The notes under the pieces are model-generated. The model had not been told where the DNA came from and did no database searches. It saw nothing but the letters and a program-made list of their open reading frames with translations. The position numbers and the translations under genes were made by a program. This document shows positions 63,046 through 64,000 of a stretch of 64,000 nt of DNA, piece after piece. This stretch comes from Octopus sinensis (Eukaryota), in NCBI RefSeq assembly GCF_006345805.1, contig NC_043023.1, forward strand, positions 20,212,001-20,276,000, written 5' to 3'. Numbering within the stretch: position 1 is the first letter of the stretch; each line of letters begins with the position of its first letter.

Positions 63046-63845
63046 GAGTATACATAAATATGTAATAATTCGTGTGTGTGTGTATATATATGTTGTATGC
63101 ACATAGTTGTTTAGATTCTGTGTAGATTATGTTACAATGTTGATTACGGAAAATTGGGCGTTATATATTTGCTATTGGAGAAAGCAACATCTAATTTGAA
63201 AATAATGAAAGAATTGTCGATACATACACATGTACATATTACATTCATATTAATGCTTACATGTGTATATATATGTATGTATATATATCATAATTTAATG
63301 TCCTTCCCATGTTGGCATGGGTTGGACAGTTTGGCAAGAACAGAGAAGAAGCTGGAGGGCCGTGCTAGGTTCTACATCTGTTTCGACAGGGTATCTACAG
63401 CTGGAGGGCTGTGCTAGGTTCTACATCTGTTTCGACAGGGTATCTACAGCTGGGTGCCTTTCCAAACATCCTTCCATTCTTAACAGAATGCACTGGGCCC
63501 TTTCTGCTTGGCCACAGCACTGGTGCATTCAGCACCTTACCCGGAAGATAAGGCCCTTCAACAAAGCAATGTTAAGGACTGGCAAAAGACGGGGACGAGG
63601 AGCTGCTGTTCTGGAATTTTTAGCTTCAAGGAATATATTCTGCTGGTGGTCACCATGTTTCCTTTCAATTCACTTTCAGACACCAGCTAACCACCACGGG
63701 CCTTTTGTGGCACTTGATCATTATTAATGATAAGCGCAGGGGTGGCTCTGTGCTAAGAAGCATTCCCAACCACACGGTTCCAGGTTCAGTCCCACTGCAT
63801 GGTACCTTGGGCAAATGTCTTCTACTATAAGCCTCAGACTGACAG

Positions 63846-64000
63846 GTGGCAAGCTGGCAGAAACGTTAGAACACCAGGCGAAATGCTTAGCGGTATTTCG
63901 TCTGTCTTTACGTTCTGAGTTCAAATTCCGCCAAGGTCGACTTTGCCTTTCATCGTTTCGGGGTCAATAAATTAAGTACCAGTTATGCACTGGGGTTGAT
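63846..64000 (+). mobile_element. SINE family B running off the window end
   Basis: ggtggcaagctggcagaaacgttag...ctttgcctttcatcg.ttcggggtcaataaattaagtacc. Confidence 0.88.

Noticed and set aside
7427-63727. Dozens of ORFs rich in Y/I/C/V/M/H/T or S/I/Y/L (e.g. 7567-8475, 19499-20368, 22498-23076, 27568-28383)
   Set aside because: They are translations of (TA)/(CA)/(TG)/(ATAG) microsatellites, which lack stops in several frames. There is no domain content.
230-63924. Recurrent short ORFs such as [14 protein letters not shown]...EDTCPRCHAVGLNPEPCGW and FQSFDCGHAGAPPL
   Set aside because: They are translations of SINE A copies, not a gene family.

Overview
Eukaryotic, extremely repeat-rich DNA. 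The combination of tRNA-derived SINE families, RTE/CR1 LINE ends and very large (TA)/(CA)/(ATAG)/(GGT) microsatellite fields looks like octopus genomic DNA; this is inferred from repeat style, not from a database match. I cannot support any host protein-coding gene. Almost all listed ORFs are microsatellite or SINE artefacts. The protein-like stretches I recognise are transposon remnants: the C-terminus of a CR1 LINE ORF2 (1.7-2.5 kb), a Tc1/mariner transposase (11.2-11.8 kb), an RTE ORF2 C-terminus (25.5-25.7 kb) and a hAT transposase (56.0-56.6 kb). The window also has dozens of copies of at least three tRNA-headed SINE families (called A, B, C here), RTE 3' tails, Helitron-like elements, hAT/piggyBac/mariner MITEs, several minisatellites and a 100-N gap. 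The best leads are: (1) a minimal type-I hammerhead ribozyme motif of the Penelope type at 21678-21712; (2) long fold-back inverted repeats at 13.7-13.95 kb, 34.2-34.9 kb and 54.97-55.06 kb; (3) a ~150-bp module found both as head-to-tail arrays and as dispersed monomers; (4) two hAT MITEs bracketed by one 8-bp target duplication; (5) a fixed-spacing 26-bp motif present three times near a unique GC-rich island. None of these is shown to be a new biological system. They are hypotheses that need the checks listed. Repeat boundaries were read by eye and are approximate.
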